Assembly: GCA_947380655.1 (NCBI GenBank)
Contig: CANCRX010000035.1
Span: 1 to 31,242 of the forward strand
DNA length: 31,242 nucleotides
Source of the DNA: Alcaligenaceae bacterium
GTDB taxonomy: Bacteria > Pseudomonadota > Gammaproteobacteria > Burkholderiales > Burkholderiaceae_B
Direction of reading: 5' to 3'
Shown: piece after piece, positions 15,801 to 24,477 of the stretch
Layout of the letters: every line of letters begins with the position of its first letter
Numbering within the stretch: the first letter of the stretch is position 1
The notes under the pieces: model-generated
What the model was told of the DNA's origin: nothing
The model's database searches: none
The model's input: only the letters and a program-made list of their open reading frames with translations
Made by a program: the position numbers and the translations under genes

Positions 15801-16569
15801 GAACGTTTGAACCCCAGACCATCAGGTAGGTCGAGTTGTACCAGTCGGCCGACTCGGGGACGTCGGTTTGCTCGCCCCAGATCTGTGGACTGGCTGGTGG
15901 CAGGTCGCAATACCAGTCGTAGAAGCTCAGACAAGCGCCACCGATCAAGCTCAGATATCTGGCACCGGCTGCGTACGACACCATCGACATGGCCGGGATA
16001 GGTGAAAAACCAACAATGCGGTCAGGACCAAACTTCTTGATCGTCATCGCGTTGGCTGCTGCGATGATCTCGGTGACGGTGTCCCAATCGGCGCGAACAA
16101 AACCACCTAAGCCTCGCACGCTCTTGTAGTGTTTTGCGCGCTCGGGATTTTGGCTGATGTATTCCCAGGCCGCGATCGGATCCATGGTTTTACGTGCGTC
16201 GCGCCACATTTCCATCAGGCGACCGCGCACCATCGGATGCTTGACGCGTTGGGCCGAATAGACGTACCAGCTGTACGAAGCACCGCGTGGACAGCCGCGC
16301 GGCTCGTGATTCGGCAGATCGGGGCGTGTACGGGGATAGTCGGTTTGCTGGGTTTCCCAGGTGATCAAACCACTTTTGACATAGACCTTCCAGGAGCACG
16401 AACCGGTACAGTTCACGCCGTGTGTGGACCGGACGATCTTATCGTGCTGCCAGCGCTGACGATAGGCGTCTTCCCATTTACGGTCTTCATCGACCACGAC
16501 GCCGTGACCCGCTGAAAACTCTTCCTTAGTTTTTGAAAAAAACCGTAAGCGATCTAAAAAATGACTCAT
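12841..16569 (-). CDS. narG: Respiratory nitrate reductase alpha subunit (Mo-bisMGD)
   Basis: 1242 aa with the vestigial twin-arginine motif DRLRFF and the FS0 motif HGVNCTGSCSW near the N-terminus. Length and gene order are typical. Confidence 0.98.
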   Translation of the reverse strand: MSHFLDRLRFFSKTKEEFSAGHGVVVDEDRKWEDAYRQRWQHDKIVRSTHGVNCTGSCSWKVYVKSGLITWETQQTDYPRTRPDLPNHEPRGCPRGASYSWYVYSAQRVKHPMVRGRLMEMWRDARKTMDPIAAWEYISQNPERAKHYKSVRGLGGFVRADWDTVTEIIAAANAMTIKKFGPDRIVGFSPIPAMSMVSYAAGARYLSLIGGACLSFYDWYCDLPPASPQIWGEQTDVPESADWYNSTYLMVWGSNVPQTRTPDAHFYTEVRYKGTKTVAVSSDFGEMVKFGDIWLAPKQGTDAALAMAMGHVILKEFHLSGKSAYFRDYAKQYTDMPMLVKLREHNGGLVPDHFLRASHLSNNHGETNNPDWKTLLIDRNTGNLVVPNGTIGLRWGEGAVNDGKQVGRWNLEKKDAASGQEVDPVLSMVDQDHEVVGVSFPYFGGEHEELLVRNVPVKRVTMADGASALVTTVYDLQMANYGVDRGLGGGNVANSFDDDVPYTPAWQEKHTTVPRKLVIQVAREFAQNAHDTQGKSMIIVGAALNHWYHMDMTYRGIINLLMMCGCVGKSGGGWAHYVGQEKLRPQFGWAPLAFGLDWSRPPRQMNGTSFFYAHTSQWRHEKLHVDEILAPTADTSKYANMSMLDLNAKSERMGWLPSAPQLQTNPLDVVDAAVAQGKDPVAYAAEMLKNGSLNMSCDDPDNPANFPRNMFVWRSNILGSSGKGHEYFLKYFLGTQNAMFGDEADAIRPSEVKFREEAAEGKLDLITVLDFRMSTTCLYGDIVLPTATWYEKDDLNTSDMHPFIHPLSEAVQPLWESKTDWEIYKLIAKKFSDIAGPYLGTRKDIVLTPLLHDTPGELGQPLEPKDWKHGECDLIPGKTAPNMTVVERNYNDIYRKFTSVGPLLEKLGNGGKGINWDTKHEVHELAGLSKTVTQEGVSKGRPRLDTAIDAAEMILTFAPETNGHVSVKAWEALSKITGRDHTHLALGREHDKIRFRDVQAQPRKIISAPTWSGLESEEVSYSAGYTNVHELIPWRTLTGRQQFYQDHRWMLDFGEGSCVYKPAIDTKTIKPMLGVKTNGNKEIVLNWLTPHQKWGIHSTYSDNLRMLTLSRGGPHVWISETEAKHAGLVDNDWVEIFNVNGTLTARVVVSQRIPNGTCLMYHAQEKIINTPGSEMSGMRGGIHNSVTRTVLKPTHMIGGYAQQAWGFNYYGTVGSNRDEFVILRKMNKVDWLEGKLEEEVAK

Positions 16570-16615
16570 TATGACTCTCCAAAGCGTCGCGCCAGGCGAC
16601 CACTAATCTCTTTAC

Positions 16616-18010
16616 TCAACAAGGCATCGGGGCATTGCGACGCGAATACCACCACCACGTCACAAACACGCAGGTTGCATAAAACACGATGAAGCACCAC
16701 AGCGCGGCATGGGGCGTACCTGTCATGTCGATTGCGGTACCAAAACTTTTAGGGATGAAAAATCCGCCATAGGCGCCCACGGCACCGGAGAAACCCAGAA
16801 CAGCGGCGGCTTCTTTGCCACCATCTAGCGTGGCCTGGCGTTGCGATGCTTCGTCTTTATTTGCGGCGTGCAGACGCTCATGCAAGAAGATCACCGGGAT
16901 CATTCTGAAGGTTGAACCATTGCCGATACCGGTCAAGGCAAACAGCAGAATGAACATGCTCAGAAAACCTTCGAAGCTACCTGCGCCGCTTGCGCTTGGC
17001 AGAAAATACAGCACACCCAGCACGGCCAGCATCATTCCGACAAAGGTCCAGAACGTCACGCTCGCGCCACCCACCTTGTCCGAAATCCAGCCACCAACTG
17101 GACGAACCATGGCACCGACCAAAGGACCCAAGAATGCATATTTAGTTGGATTCACGTTCGGAAACTGTGATTGCGTCAGCAAGGCAAGACCCGCTGAGAA
17201 GCCGATAAACGAACCAAAGGTGCCGAGATACAACCAGCACATCAGCCAGTTGTGACGACGCTTGAAGATCACCGCCTGATCAGCGAACGAAGCTTTCGCA
17301 TCGGCGATGTCATTCATGCCGAACCAAGCCAGCAACGTGGACAGGATGATGAAAGGCACCCAGACAAAACCAGCGTTTTGCAACCAGATTGTTTTCTGCA
17401 CACCATCTGCAGCGGCATAGTTGTGACCATCGCCCCCCACTGTGCCGAACACAGCAAGTGAGATCACGACCGGCACCACAAATTGGACAACCGACACGCC
17501 AAGGTTGCCAATCCCTGCATTCAAGCCGGTAGCAAGACCCTTTTTTGCTTTAGGAAAGAAAAAGCTGATGTTTGACATTGAGGAGCTAAAGTTGCCGCCA
17601 CCAAAGCCACACAGCAAAGCCAGCACAAGCAGCGTGGGATAACTGGTTGTCGGATCGCGCAAAGCAAAGCCCATGCCAAGGGCAGGGATCAACAGACTGG
17701 CTGTTGAAATCGCGGTCCAGCGGCGTCCGCCAAAAATCGGCACGAGAAACGAATAGAAAATCCGCAACGTCGCGCCGGACAATGCGGGCAACGCAGTCAG
17801 CCAGAACATCTGGTTCTTGCTGAAGTTGAAGCCGGCCTTACCCAGATTGACCACCACTACCGACCAGAGCATCCAGACGATGAAGGCCAGCATCAACGCG
17901 AAGATTGAAATCCAGAGATTACGACTGGCGACGCGACTACCTTGCTCTTTCCAGAACTCGGTTTTTTCGGGTTCCCAGCGATTAAGGACATATCCTGAAG
18001 ACATCATCAA
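16616..18010 (-). CDS. narK2: MFS nitrate/nitrite antiporter, NarK2 type (464 aa)
   Basis: 12-TM MFS protein whose size and N-terminus resemble E. coli NarK. It lies directly upstream of narG. Confidence 0.9.
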   Translation of the reverse strand: MMMSSGYVLNRWEPEKTEFWKEQGSRVASRNLWISIFALMLAFIVWMLWSVVVVNLGKAGFNFSKNQMFWLTALPALSGATLRIFYSFLVPIFGGRRWTAISTASLLIPALGMGFALRDPTTSYPTLLVLALLCGFGGGNFSSSMSNISFFFPKAKKGLATGLNAGIGNLGVSVVQFVVPVVISLAVFGTVGGDGHNYAAADGVQKTIWLQNAGFVWVPFIILSTLLAWFGMNDIADAKASFADQAVIFKRRHNWLMCWLYLGTFGSFIGFSAGLALLTQSQFPNVNPTKYAFLGPLVGAMVRPVGGWISDKVGGASVTFWTFVGMMLAVLGVLYFLPSASGAGSFEGFLSMFILLFALTGIGNGSTFRMIPVIFLHERLHAANKDEASQRQATLDGGKEAAAVLGFSGAVGAYGGFFIPKSFGTAIDMTGTPHAALWCFIVFYATCVFVTWWWYSRRNAPMPC

Positions 18011-18013
18011 CTC

Positions 18014-19276
18014 CTATTTTGCATTTGCAGCAAGTGCTGCGCGTCCTTTTGCAACACCTTCCGCCCGAAAGCTGAAGTGCATCCAGACAAGCGACACGCA
18101 GACCGTGCCGTACAACAGCATGAAACTTGAAGAGCGAACACCGGTGATATCGACCAGCGCGCCAAACATGATCGGCAAGACGAACCCGCCCAGACCACCA
18201 GCCAGACCAACCACGCCGGAGACCGCACCGATGTTGGCGCCAAAATCGTCTGAGATGAACTTGAAGACAGACGCTTTACCGATCGCCGTCGCGATACCGA
18301 CCAGAAACAGCAAGATGGTGAACATGACCGGATTCAAACCGATGTGAAAATCACGCGGACCATCGACTGTCAGTACAGTGAAGTTTGTCTGGGGATAGCT
18401 CAGGATGAAGAATGCAACCCAGCACACCCACATCACCCACCAAGTTGTTTTGTAGGCACCGTAACGATCAGAAATCCAGCCACCGAACGCGCGCAACACG
18501 CCACCCGGCAATGAAAAACAGGCTGCCAGTAAAGCTGCGGTCTGAATATTGAAACCATACTCGCCGACGTAATACTTGGTCATCCAGAGTGCCAGCGCGA
18601 CATAGCCGCCAAACACCACCGAGTAATACTGGCAATAGCGCCAGACCCGTGGATCCTTCAGCATCTTGAACTGCTCGCTGAAACTGGCGGTCGATGCCAC
18701 GTTATGGGCAGGATTAGTCGCTGAAAACATCCAGAAGAGCAAAGCCGTCACCAGCATGGCGATGGAATACACCTGAGGCACGATGGTCCAGGTGCCGCCC
18801 GCCGCAGCAATCAAGGCAGGCGCAACAAATTTAGTCAACGCCGAACCCGAGTTGCCTGCGCCGAAGATTCCCATCGCCAAACCCTGACGATTCTTTGGAA
18901 ACCAGCGGGCGACATAAGGGGTACCGACTGAGAACGATCCACCTGCCAGACCGACAAACAGGCCCAACACTAAAAAGTGCCAGTACTGTGTCGCGTAAGA
19001 CATCAGCCAGATTGGCACGACACTTGCGAGCATCAGGCAAAAGAACACGATCCGACCACCATAACGATCGGTCCAGATACCAAGGGGTACGCGAATCAGG
19101 GATCCGCTCAACACAGGCGTCGCCGCGAGCAGACCAAACTCCGTTTCATTTAAGCCCAACTGTTTTTTGATCGGAATGCCGATCACGGCAAACATCATCC
19201 AGACGGCGAAACAGATCGTGAATGCAAAGGTGCTGGATCCCAGCACCATATTGGCCTTGCGTGATTGCGAATCCAT
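18014..19276 (-). CDS. narK1: MFS nitrate transporter, NarK1 type (420 aa)
   Basis: 12-TM MFS protein and first gene of the operon. GAGAGGA RBS. It lies 3 nt from narK2. Confidence 0.88.
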   Translation of the reverse strand: MDSQSRKANMVLGSSTFAFTICFAVWMMFAVIGIPIKKQLGLNETEFGLLAATPVLSGSLIRVPLGIWTDRYGGRIVFFCLMLASVVPIWLMSYATQYWHFLVLGLFVGLAGGSFSVGTPYVARWFPKNRQGLAMGIFGAGNSGSALTKFVAPALIAAAGGTWTIVPQVYSIAMLVTALLFWMFSATNPAHNVASTASFSEQFKMLKDPRVWRYCQYYSVVFGGYVALALWMTKYYVGEYGFNIQTAALLAACFSLPGGVLRAFGGWISDRYGAYKTTWWVMWVCWVAFFILSYPQTNFTVLTVDGPRDFHIGLNPVMFTILLFLVGIATAIGKASVFKFISDDFGANIGAVSGVVGLAGGLGGFVLPIMFGALVDITGVRSSSFMLLYGTVCVSLVWMHFSFRAEGVAKGRAALAANAK

Positions 19277-19440
19277 GCTCGCGTCCTCTCTGACTTTGAC
19301 AGTGGTGTCAGATTAAGTCGATGGATAGAGGCTGAACATTCGCCAGAGGCGGGGGGTCTCCAACAACATTCGGGCTAGTGCCCCCCCTACTAAAGAACTA
19401 GGCGGGCTCATCCCTTTGTGTCATGGCGGCCAGCTGACAA

Positions 19441-20157
19441 ATGCCTGAAAATCACGCCATGAACGGACATGACCTCGAAAAATTCATCTCGGGCTTCGAG
19501 CGCTTTCAGCAACATCACTACGGCGACGATCCCGCCTTGCTCAATGAACTTCAGCAAGGACAGCATCCGCGCACGTTACTGATCGGCTGTTGCGATTCGC
19601 GCGTGGATCCCGGATACCTGATCGGAGCCGAACCAGGTGACATCTTTGTTTCAAGAACCGTTGCGAATCTGGTTCCTCCCTGTTCGCCCGATGATGGTGG
19701 CTATCACGGCGTCAGCGCGGCGATCCAGTTCGCCCTGCAAAACCTCAAAGTTGAACGAATCATCATTCTTGGTCATGCTCAGTGCGGAGGCATTCGGGCC
19801 TTAATGGAGCCGGAACCCGAGAAAAAGAATGATTTCGATTTCATCCGCAAATGGATGAAAATTGCCGAACCTGCCAAACGCAGCACACTGGCGAAGTTCG
19901 GTCATGCCAGTAACGAGGTGCAGTGCCGCGTCTGTGAGCAATCGTCCATTCTGAACTCACTGAATAACCTGATGACCTTTCCCTGGGTCAAAGACGCGGT
20001 GAAAGAGGGACACCTCACCGTCCACGGCTGGTATTTCGATCTCGCCGCGGGTGAGCTTCTGGCCTATTCAGAAAGATCCGGCAGCTTTTTACCAATGGTC
20101 TGTGCACTTGAACCCTCCGGTCCGGAACGCAGACCCAGTCGCATCACCACGGCTTAA
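19441..20157 (+). CDS. Beta-class carbonic anhydrase (238 aa; start could be ATG 19456)
   Basis: Zinc-ligand motifs CCDSRVDP and GHAQCGG. Its stop lies 3 nt before the narX ORF opens. Confidence 0.88.
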   Translation: MPENHAMNGHDLEKFISGFERFQQHHYGDDPALLNELQQGQHPRTLLIGCCDSRVDPGYLIGAEPGDIFVSRTVANLVPPCSPDDGGYHGVSAAIQFALQNLKVERIIILGHAQCGGIRALMEPEPEKKNDFDFIRKWMKIAEPAKRSTLAKFGHASNEVQCRVCEQSSILNSLNNLMTFPWVKDAVKEGHLTVHGWYFDLAAGELLAYSERSGSFLPMVCALEPSGPERRPSRITTA

Positions 20158-20256
20158 GCCTTGAAAGTCTCTTCTAAAATCATGCAGCCCCCGATGAACG
20201 CAATATCAGGCGATAATGAAATTCTTAGCGATTCAAATATTGCACAGGGTCAACGC

Positions 20257-22185
20257 ATGGCAGTCAATTGGCGATCCCCTCTCGGAAGAAATTATAAACT
20301 GGGTGTGCGACTCGTCTCTGTTTCACTAGTAGGCTTGTTATTTGGCCTGACCATGGTGATGGGGACGTTATGGCTATCCTGGGCGCTCGAGGGTGCGGCA
20401 GCGGCAGTCAACGATACCGGTAGCTTACGCATGCAATCGGTACGGATCGGCTTGAACCTGAGTCAACCGAAACTGAATCTGTCCGAGCTCAAGCAGCAAA
20501 TTCAAGCGATGGAGCAGACCCTCAACAATCTTCAAGACGGCGACCCGCAACGCCCACTTCGCATGCCTGAACGTGTCACGGTTAAAAAGCAGTTCACGCA
20601 ACTCTCCGACGCCTGGCACAACAAATTGATCCCGATTCTGCATTCCTACGAGAATCACACCGAGCAACGCGCCCAGTGGGCAACGCTTTATCTGAACGAG
20701 TTGCCACAGTTTGTGACGGCGACCGATCGTCTGGTCTGGCAGATTGAGGCCGAAAACGCCTACGACACCTCGATATTGCGCGCCTCTCAGCTTGCCCTGA
20801 TCGTCCTGATGGTGGTGGGCAGTGTCGCGATGATTTATTTGCTGTACGGCTGGGTGATTCGTCCCGTGCAAGCGTTGCAGCAGGGGATTACACACATGAC
20901 CGCGCGAAATTTTGATGCGCGCGTGCCGGTTGAAGGTCATGATGAATTTGGTGAACTGGCCACCGGCTTTAATGATATGGCAGCGCAACTCAAAGAACTG
21001 TACAGTGATCTCGAAGCCCGAGTAGAAGAAAAAACCAGACAGCTTGCGGTTCAGAATAAGGAACTGGCGACGCTTTATGAGTTTTCTGCTTATCTGAGCC
21101 AGGCCGGCGAACTTGAACAACGCTGCGAAGGTTTTCTTTCAAAGTTGATCGAACATTTCGGCGCTTCAGGCGGCACTGTCCGCATTCTGGATTTACGTCA
21201 GAATAATTTGCACATGACGGTTCATCAGGGAATTTCGGAAGACTTTGCCAAAGATGAGCTGTGCCTGCACGCAGGAGATTGCTTATGCGGCGAGGCGGCG
21301 CAGCAAGGCGAGATGAAACTGCACGATTTCCGGACACTACCCCAGGTGCTGCAATACCGATGCCAGGAAGAAGGCTTCAACTCGATTGCTATCGCGCAAA
21401 TCAAGCTGGGTAACAATCATCTTGGCAGCTACACCCTGCACTTCAAAACCCCCAGAGAATTCTCGGGCGACGACCGCAGACTCTTTGAAGCAGTCGGCCA
21501 GCATCTGGGTATGGCAATTGAAAACCAGCGCCTGCTGACTCGCACCCGCCAACTCGCAGTAGCAGAAGAGAGAAATCTGGTAGCACAAGGCCTGCATGAT
21601 TCGATTGCGCAAGGGCTCAACTTCTTGAAACTGCAGATTCAAATGCTGCAGGATTCAATCAAGCGCGACGCCAAGGACGAAGTACAAGAAGTGCTCATGA
21701 TGATCGATGCAGGAGTACGCGAGAGTTATGACGATGTGCGCGAACTGTTGACAAACTTTCGCATCAAACTTGGCGAAGGTGACCTGCTTGATGCATTGAA
21801 ACTATCGGCGGACCGCTTTAAACATCAGACGGGCTTGCCGGTTGAGCTCAGCATCGACAATGAGGGTCTGCCACTGCCCTCTGAACAAGAGCTTCAGGTA
21901 CTGTTTATTGTTCAGGAAGCCTTGTCGAATATTCGCAAGCACGCCCATTCAAAGCACGTGAGGATCAACCTAAAAAATGATCGCGACTTTGAACTGAGCG
22001 TCAGTGATGATGGTTGCGGCTTTGAGAGCGATCGAACGACTACGGAATCCGAGCATCACATCGGCCTTAAAATCATGAAGGAACGCGCGGCGCAACTTAA
22101 CGCGACGCTCATCGTGACGTCCAGCAACAACCAAGGCACAACCGTTAGCTTGAACATCCCCCATTCTGCACGCATAGCGGCCTGA
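20257..22185 (+). CDS. narX: Nitrate/nitrite sensor histidine kinase (start uncertain; the ORF is open from 20161)
   Basis: P-box-like DTGSLRMQSVRI after TM1, a HAMP region, a central Cys-containing GAF-like module, a HisKA_3 H-box (AQGLHDSIAQ) and an HATPase domain. ATG 20257 gives an E. coli-like N-terminus. The track start at 20161 is a TTG. Confidence 0.9.
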   Translation: MAVNWRSPLGRNYKLGVRLVSVSLVGLLFGLTMVMGTLWLSWALEGAAAAVNDTGSLRMQSVRIGLNLSQPKLNLSELKQQIQAMEQTLNNLQDGDPQRPLRMPERVTVKKQFTQLSDAWHNKLIPILHSYENHTEQRAQWATLYLNELPQFVTATDRLVWQIEAENAYDTSILRASQLALIVLMVVGSVAMIYLLYGWVIRPVQALQQGITHMTARNFDARVPVEGHDEFGELATGFNDMAAQLKELYSDLEARVEEKTRQLAVQNKELATLYEFSAYLSQAGELEQRCEGFLSKLIEHFGASGGTVRILDLRQNNLHMTVHQGISEDFAKDELCLHAGDCLCGEAAQQGEMKLHDFRTLPQVLQYRCQEEGFNSIAIAQIKLGNNHLGSYTLHFKTPREFSGDDRRLFEAVGQHLGMAIENQRLLTRTRQLAVAEERNLVAQGLHDSIAQGLNFLKLQIQMLQDSIKRDAKDEVQEVLMMIDAGVRESYDDVRELLTNFRIKLGEGDLLDALKLSADRFKHQTGLPVELSIDNEGLPLPSEQELQVLFIVQEALSNIRKHAHSKHVRINLKNDRDFELSVSDDGCGFESDRTTTESEHHIGLKIMKERAAQLNATLIVTSSNNQGTTVSLNIPHSARIAA

Positions 22186-22187
22186 TC

Positions 22188-22838
22188 ATGGAACATCCCA
22201 TTCGCATTCTGTTAGTTGACGATCACAGCCTTTTTCGCAGTGGCATCCGCTTTCTGCTGTCTCGTCACCCTGAGTTTGAAGTCGTCGGCGAAGCCGCTGA
22301 CGGTTTAGAGGGGATCAAGCGGGCTAAAGAACTCAAACCCGACATCGTGTTGCTGGATTTGCATATGCCCGGTATTGCAGGGATTGAAGCCACGCAACTG
22401 CTCAGACAAGACATCCCTCAGACACATGTCATCCTGCTGACTGTTTCTGAAGATGCGGAGGATTTATCTGCCGGGCTGAAGGCAGGTGCTGCTGGTTATT
22501 TACTCAAAAATATTGATGCGGATTATTTGCTTGAGTCACTAAAGCGCGTGATGAATGGTGATTCAGTCATCTCAGCCGACATGACGAAAAAACTGTTTGC
22601 CCAGATCCGCAAGGATACCCCTCCACCCCCAGTAGCCCCTGAAGCGGACAAGCTGACTCCGCGTGAGCGTGATATTATTTCGCAACTGGCGGCAGGCTTG
22701 AGTAACAAAGAAATCGCCCGCAAACTCGACGTCGCCGAAAGCACGGTCAAAATTCACCTGCAGAGCATTTTGAAGAAACTGGGTCTCTCAAACCGCGTGC
22801 AGGCGGCGATCTACGCTGTTGGCCACGGGATGGCCTGA
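22188..22838 (+). CDS. narL: Nitrate/nitrite response regulator (REC + LuxR-type HTH)
   Basis: 216 aa with the receiver motifs LLVDDH...DIVLLDLHMPG and a C-terminal LTPRERDIISQLAAGLSNKEIARKL HTH. The ATG lies 2 nt after the narX stop. Confidence 0.93.
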   Translation: MEHPIRILLVDDHSLFRSGIRFLLSRHPEFEVVGEAADGLEGIKRAKELKPDIVLLDLHMPGIAGIEATQLLRQDIPQTHVILLTVSEDAEDLSAGLKAGAAGYLLKNIDADYLLESLKRVMNGDSVISADMTKKLFAQIRKDTPPPPVAPEADKLTPRERDIISQLAAGLSNKEIARKLDVAESTVKIHLQSILKKLGLSNRVQAAIYAVGHGMA

Positions 22839-23531
22839 AGCGGTTTGGTCTGATGTTTGGACTACGGCTTGAGCGGACATGAGCTCCGACCTTTCATGCA
22901 TTTGAACTTTTGACCCATGCACTGAAATCAAATGACTTTGCTTCAGTTGATTCAAGGCACGCGAGAAGGTTTCCGGTGTCAGACCGAGCTTTGAAGCAAT
23001 CATGCGCTTGTTGAACTTCAATACCGTTTCATCGCCCTCATAGGGCTGACTCAATAAGTATCCGACAACGCGCTCAACCGCGGTTTTCAGGTTGACCTCT
23101 TCGATATCGAGCAAGAGCGTTTCAAACCGTTGAGACAACCCTTTCAAGAGCTGCAATGCAAATCGGGGATCTTGCTCAAGGGCGCGCTCGATATCGCGCT
23201 TATCGATCCAGAGGAGCAAACTATCGGACAGTGCCTGTGCATTGATCAGATAAGGATGGTCAAGAAACATCACTGCTTCACCGAAGGCCTGACCTGGACC
23301 GATAAATTCAATGACCTTTTCACGTTGCTGCGAAGGGATCGAAATCTTGACTTGCCCGATCACCAGCACATACAAGCCTCGCGCCTGTTCGTCCCGGTGC
23401 AGGATCATGTCATTTTTTTGAACTCTCAACCGCACCGATGCTTGCGCCAGCTCACCTCGAACGTCAGGCCTCAGCCCCTCAAACAGCGTTAAGTGGGATA
23501 ACAACTCCTCAACCTCTTGTAACTTTCCCAT
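22788..23531 (-). CDS. Crp/Fnr-family regulator without any cysteine (Dnr/NnrR-like)
   Basis: cNMP-binding-like fold followed by an HTH with the FNR-type recognition motif ETFSR. There is no Cys, so no FNR-type Fe-S cluster. AGGTGA lies 4-5 nt before ATG 23531 and includes the nrdG stop codon. The 3-prime tail overlaps narL by 51 nt. Confidence 0.85.
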   Translation of the reverse strand: MGKLQEVEELLSHLTLFEGLRPDVRGELAQASVRLRVQKNDMILHRDEQARGLYVLVIGQVKISIPSQQREKVIEFIGPGQAFGEAVMFLDHPYLINAQALSDSLLLWIDKRDIERALEQDPRFALQLLKGLSQRFETLLLDIEEVNLKTAVERVVGYLLSQPYEGDETVLKFNKRMIASKLGLTPETFSRALNQLKQSHLISVHGSKVQMHERSELMSAQAVVQTSDQTASGHPVANSVDRRLHAV

Positions 23532-23535
23532 CGTC

Positions 23536-24246
23536 TCACCTGTAAGAAAACTGTTCAAACAGTCCGTTCAGCGTTTGCATACTTTGCGCGCTGAGTCCGG
23601 TATCGACAACTCGGTGCGCTGGTGAACGGTATCTTTGTACCGCGTATTTCCTCACACCTTTGCGACTGAGTCCTTGCGCCAGATCAATTAAGGCAAACTC
23701 TGACAGCCATTCCGGGCTCCAGGTCGTGCGGCATTCGAAAGGAACCTGACTTTCAAGCAAACTGTCCAAGCAGCGCCAGACTGGCTGCGCGCTTGCCTCG
23801 CGTCCAGTCAAAGCATCGTAGCCCTGCGCCTCTGTTTTGATATCCAGACCGACCCAGGACAGCTTGGGCAGCGCACTCTCAAGCTTTTTCGGGTAGATTC
23901 CTGCCGTATGTACTGCAACCCGATAACCGAGCGCAACAACTTGCACGATCATGTGATCTATCAAAGGTTCGCTAAAAGGCTCTCCTCCTGAAAAGACAAC
24001 TCCATCGAGCAGTTTTTTTCTTGACTCCAGAAACGACAGGATATGTTTCCATTGTGTTTCTTTTTTTTGCTCTTCTACCGCAATATTAATTGCGCACTGA
24101 GCGTCCCGTGTTTGCAGGTGAGGATTGTGGCAGTAGTGACAACGCCAGGGACAGCCTTTGACAAACACCACTGCGGACAATGCCTCGGGCCAATCTACGC
24201 CTGAAAACGGGACGAAGCCACCAAGGGAAGGTTCATCGTGTCGCAT
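23536..24246 (-). CDS. nrdG: Anaerobic ribonucleotide reductase activating protein (radical SAM)
   Basis: CPWRCHYCHNP CxxxCxxC motif and the N-terminus GGFVPFSGVDWP. ATG 24246 is preferred over the track TTG at 24294. Confidence 0.92.
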   Translation of the reverse strand: MRHDEPSLGGFVPFSGVDWPEALSAVVFVKGCPWRCHYCHNPHLQTRDAQCAINIAVEEQKKETQWKHILSFLESRKKLLDGVVFSGGEPFSEPLIDHMIVQVVALGYRVAVHTAGIYPKKLESALPKLSWVGLDIKTEAQGYDALTGREASAQPVWRCLDSLLESQVPFECRTTWSPEWLSEFALIDLAQGLSRKGVRKYAVQRYRSPAHRVVDTGLSAQSMQTLNGLFEQFSYR

Positions 24247-24253
24247 CAGATAT

Positions 24254-24457
24254 TCACAATACGATATCCACTGTTGGCAGGCATGCTTCTTCAAAAAATA
24301 AGCGCTCTTTGAACTCGCCTTTCTTGCCGATATTGAACGAACTGACTGGACGGTGATAACCCATCACTCGTGTCCATACTTCACAGCGGGTGCGGCGACT
24401 TTCATCTAGTGTTGCGATGGTCACATTTTGATATTCGGTCTTATTTAAATCATTCAT
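24254..24457 (-). CDS. Stand-alone class III RNR glycyl-radical domain protein (67 aa)
   Basis: RCEVWTRVMGYHRPVSSFNIGKKGEFKER contains the RVxGY glycyl-radical loop. AGGAG (24465-24469) lies 7 nt upstream of ATG 24457. The frame differs from nrdD. Confidence 0.75.
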   Translation of the reverse strand: MNDLNKTEYQNVTIATLDESRRTRCEVWTRVMGYHRPVSSFNIGKKGEFKERLFFEEACLPTVDIVL

Positions 24458-24477
24458 GAGCTGACTCCTGATCAATT

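Noticed and set aside
12389-16515. Many plus-strand ORFs of 60-244 aa inside narG/narH (for example 13678-14412 and 12389-12943), plus similar ones opposite narK, nrdD and narX
   Set aside because: These are antisense shadow ORFs of long, well-supported genes. They have no RBS and low-complexity Arg/Ala/Ser-rich translations.
19297-19310. TGACA-GTGG-TGTCA palindrome upstream of narK1 as an FNR/ANR box
   Set aside because: The half-sites do not fit TTGAT-N4-ATCAA. The element also lies only about 20 nt before the start codon, so it is in the leader rather than at -41.5. I could not identify a convincing FNR box or NarL heptamers in 19277-19440 by eye. The G-run/C7 pair at 19348-19387 is noted but not interpreted.
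20161-20256. TTG start at 20161 (or ATG 20182 / 20194) for narX
   Set aside because: None has an RBS, and the resulting N-terminal extension has no counterpart in NarX proteins I know. ATG 20257 gives the usual short cytoplasmic N-terminus before TM1. The start remains uncertain.
23532-23558. Upstream ATG 23558 as the start of the Crp/Fnr-family gene
   Set aside because: It would overlap nrdG by 23 nt and has no SD, whereas ATG 23531 has AGGTGA at ideal spacing. The longer form cannot be excluded.
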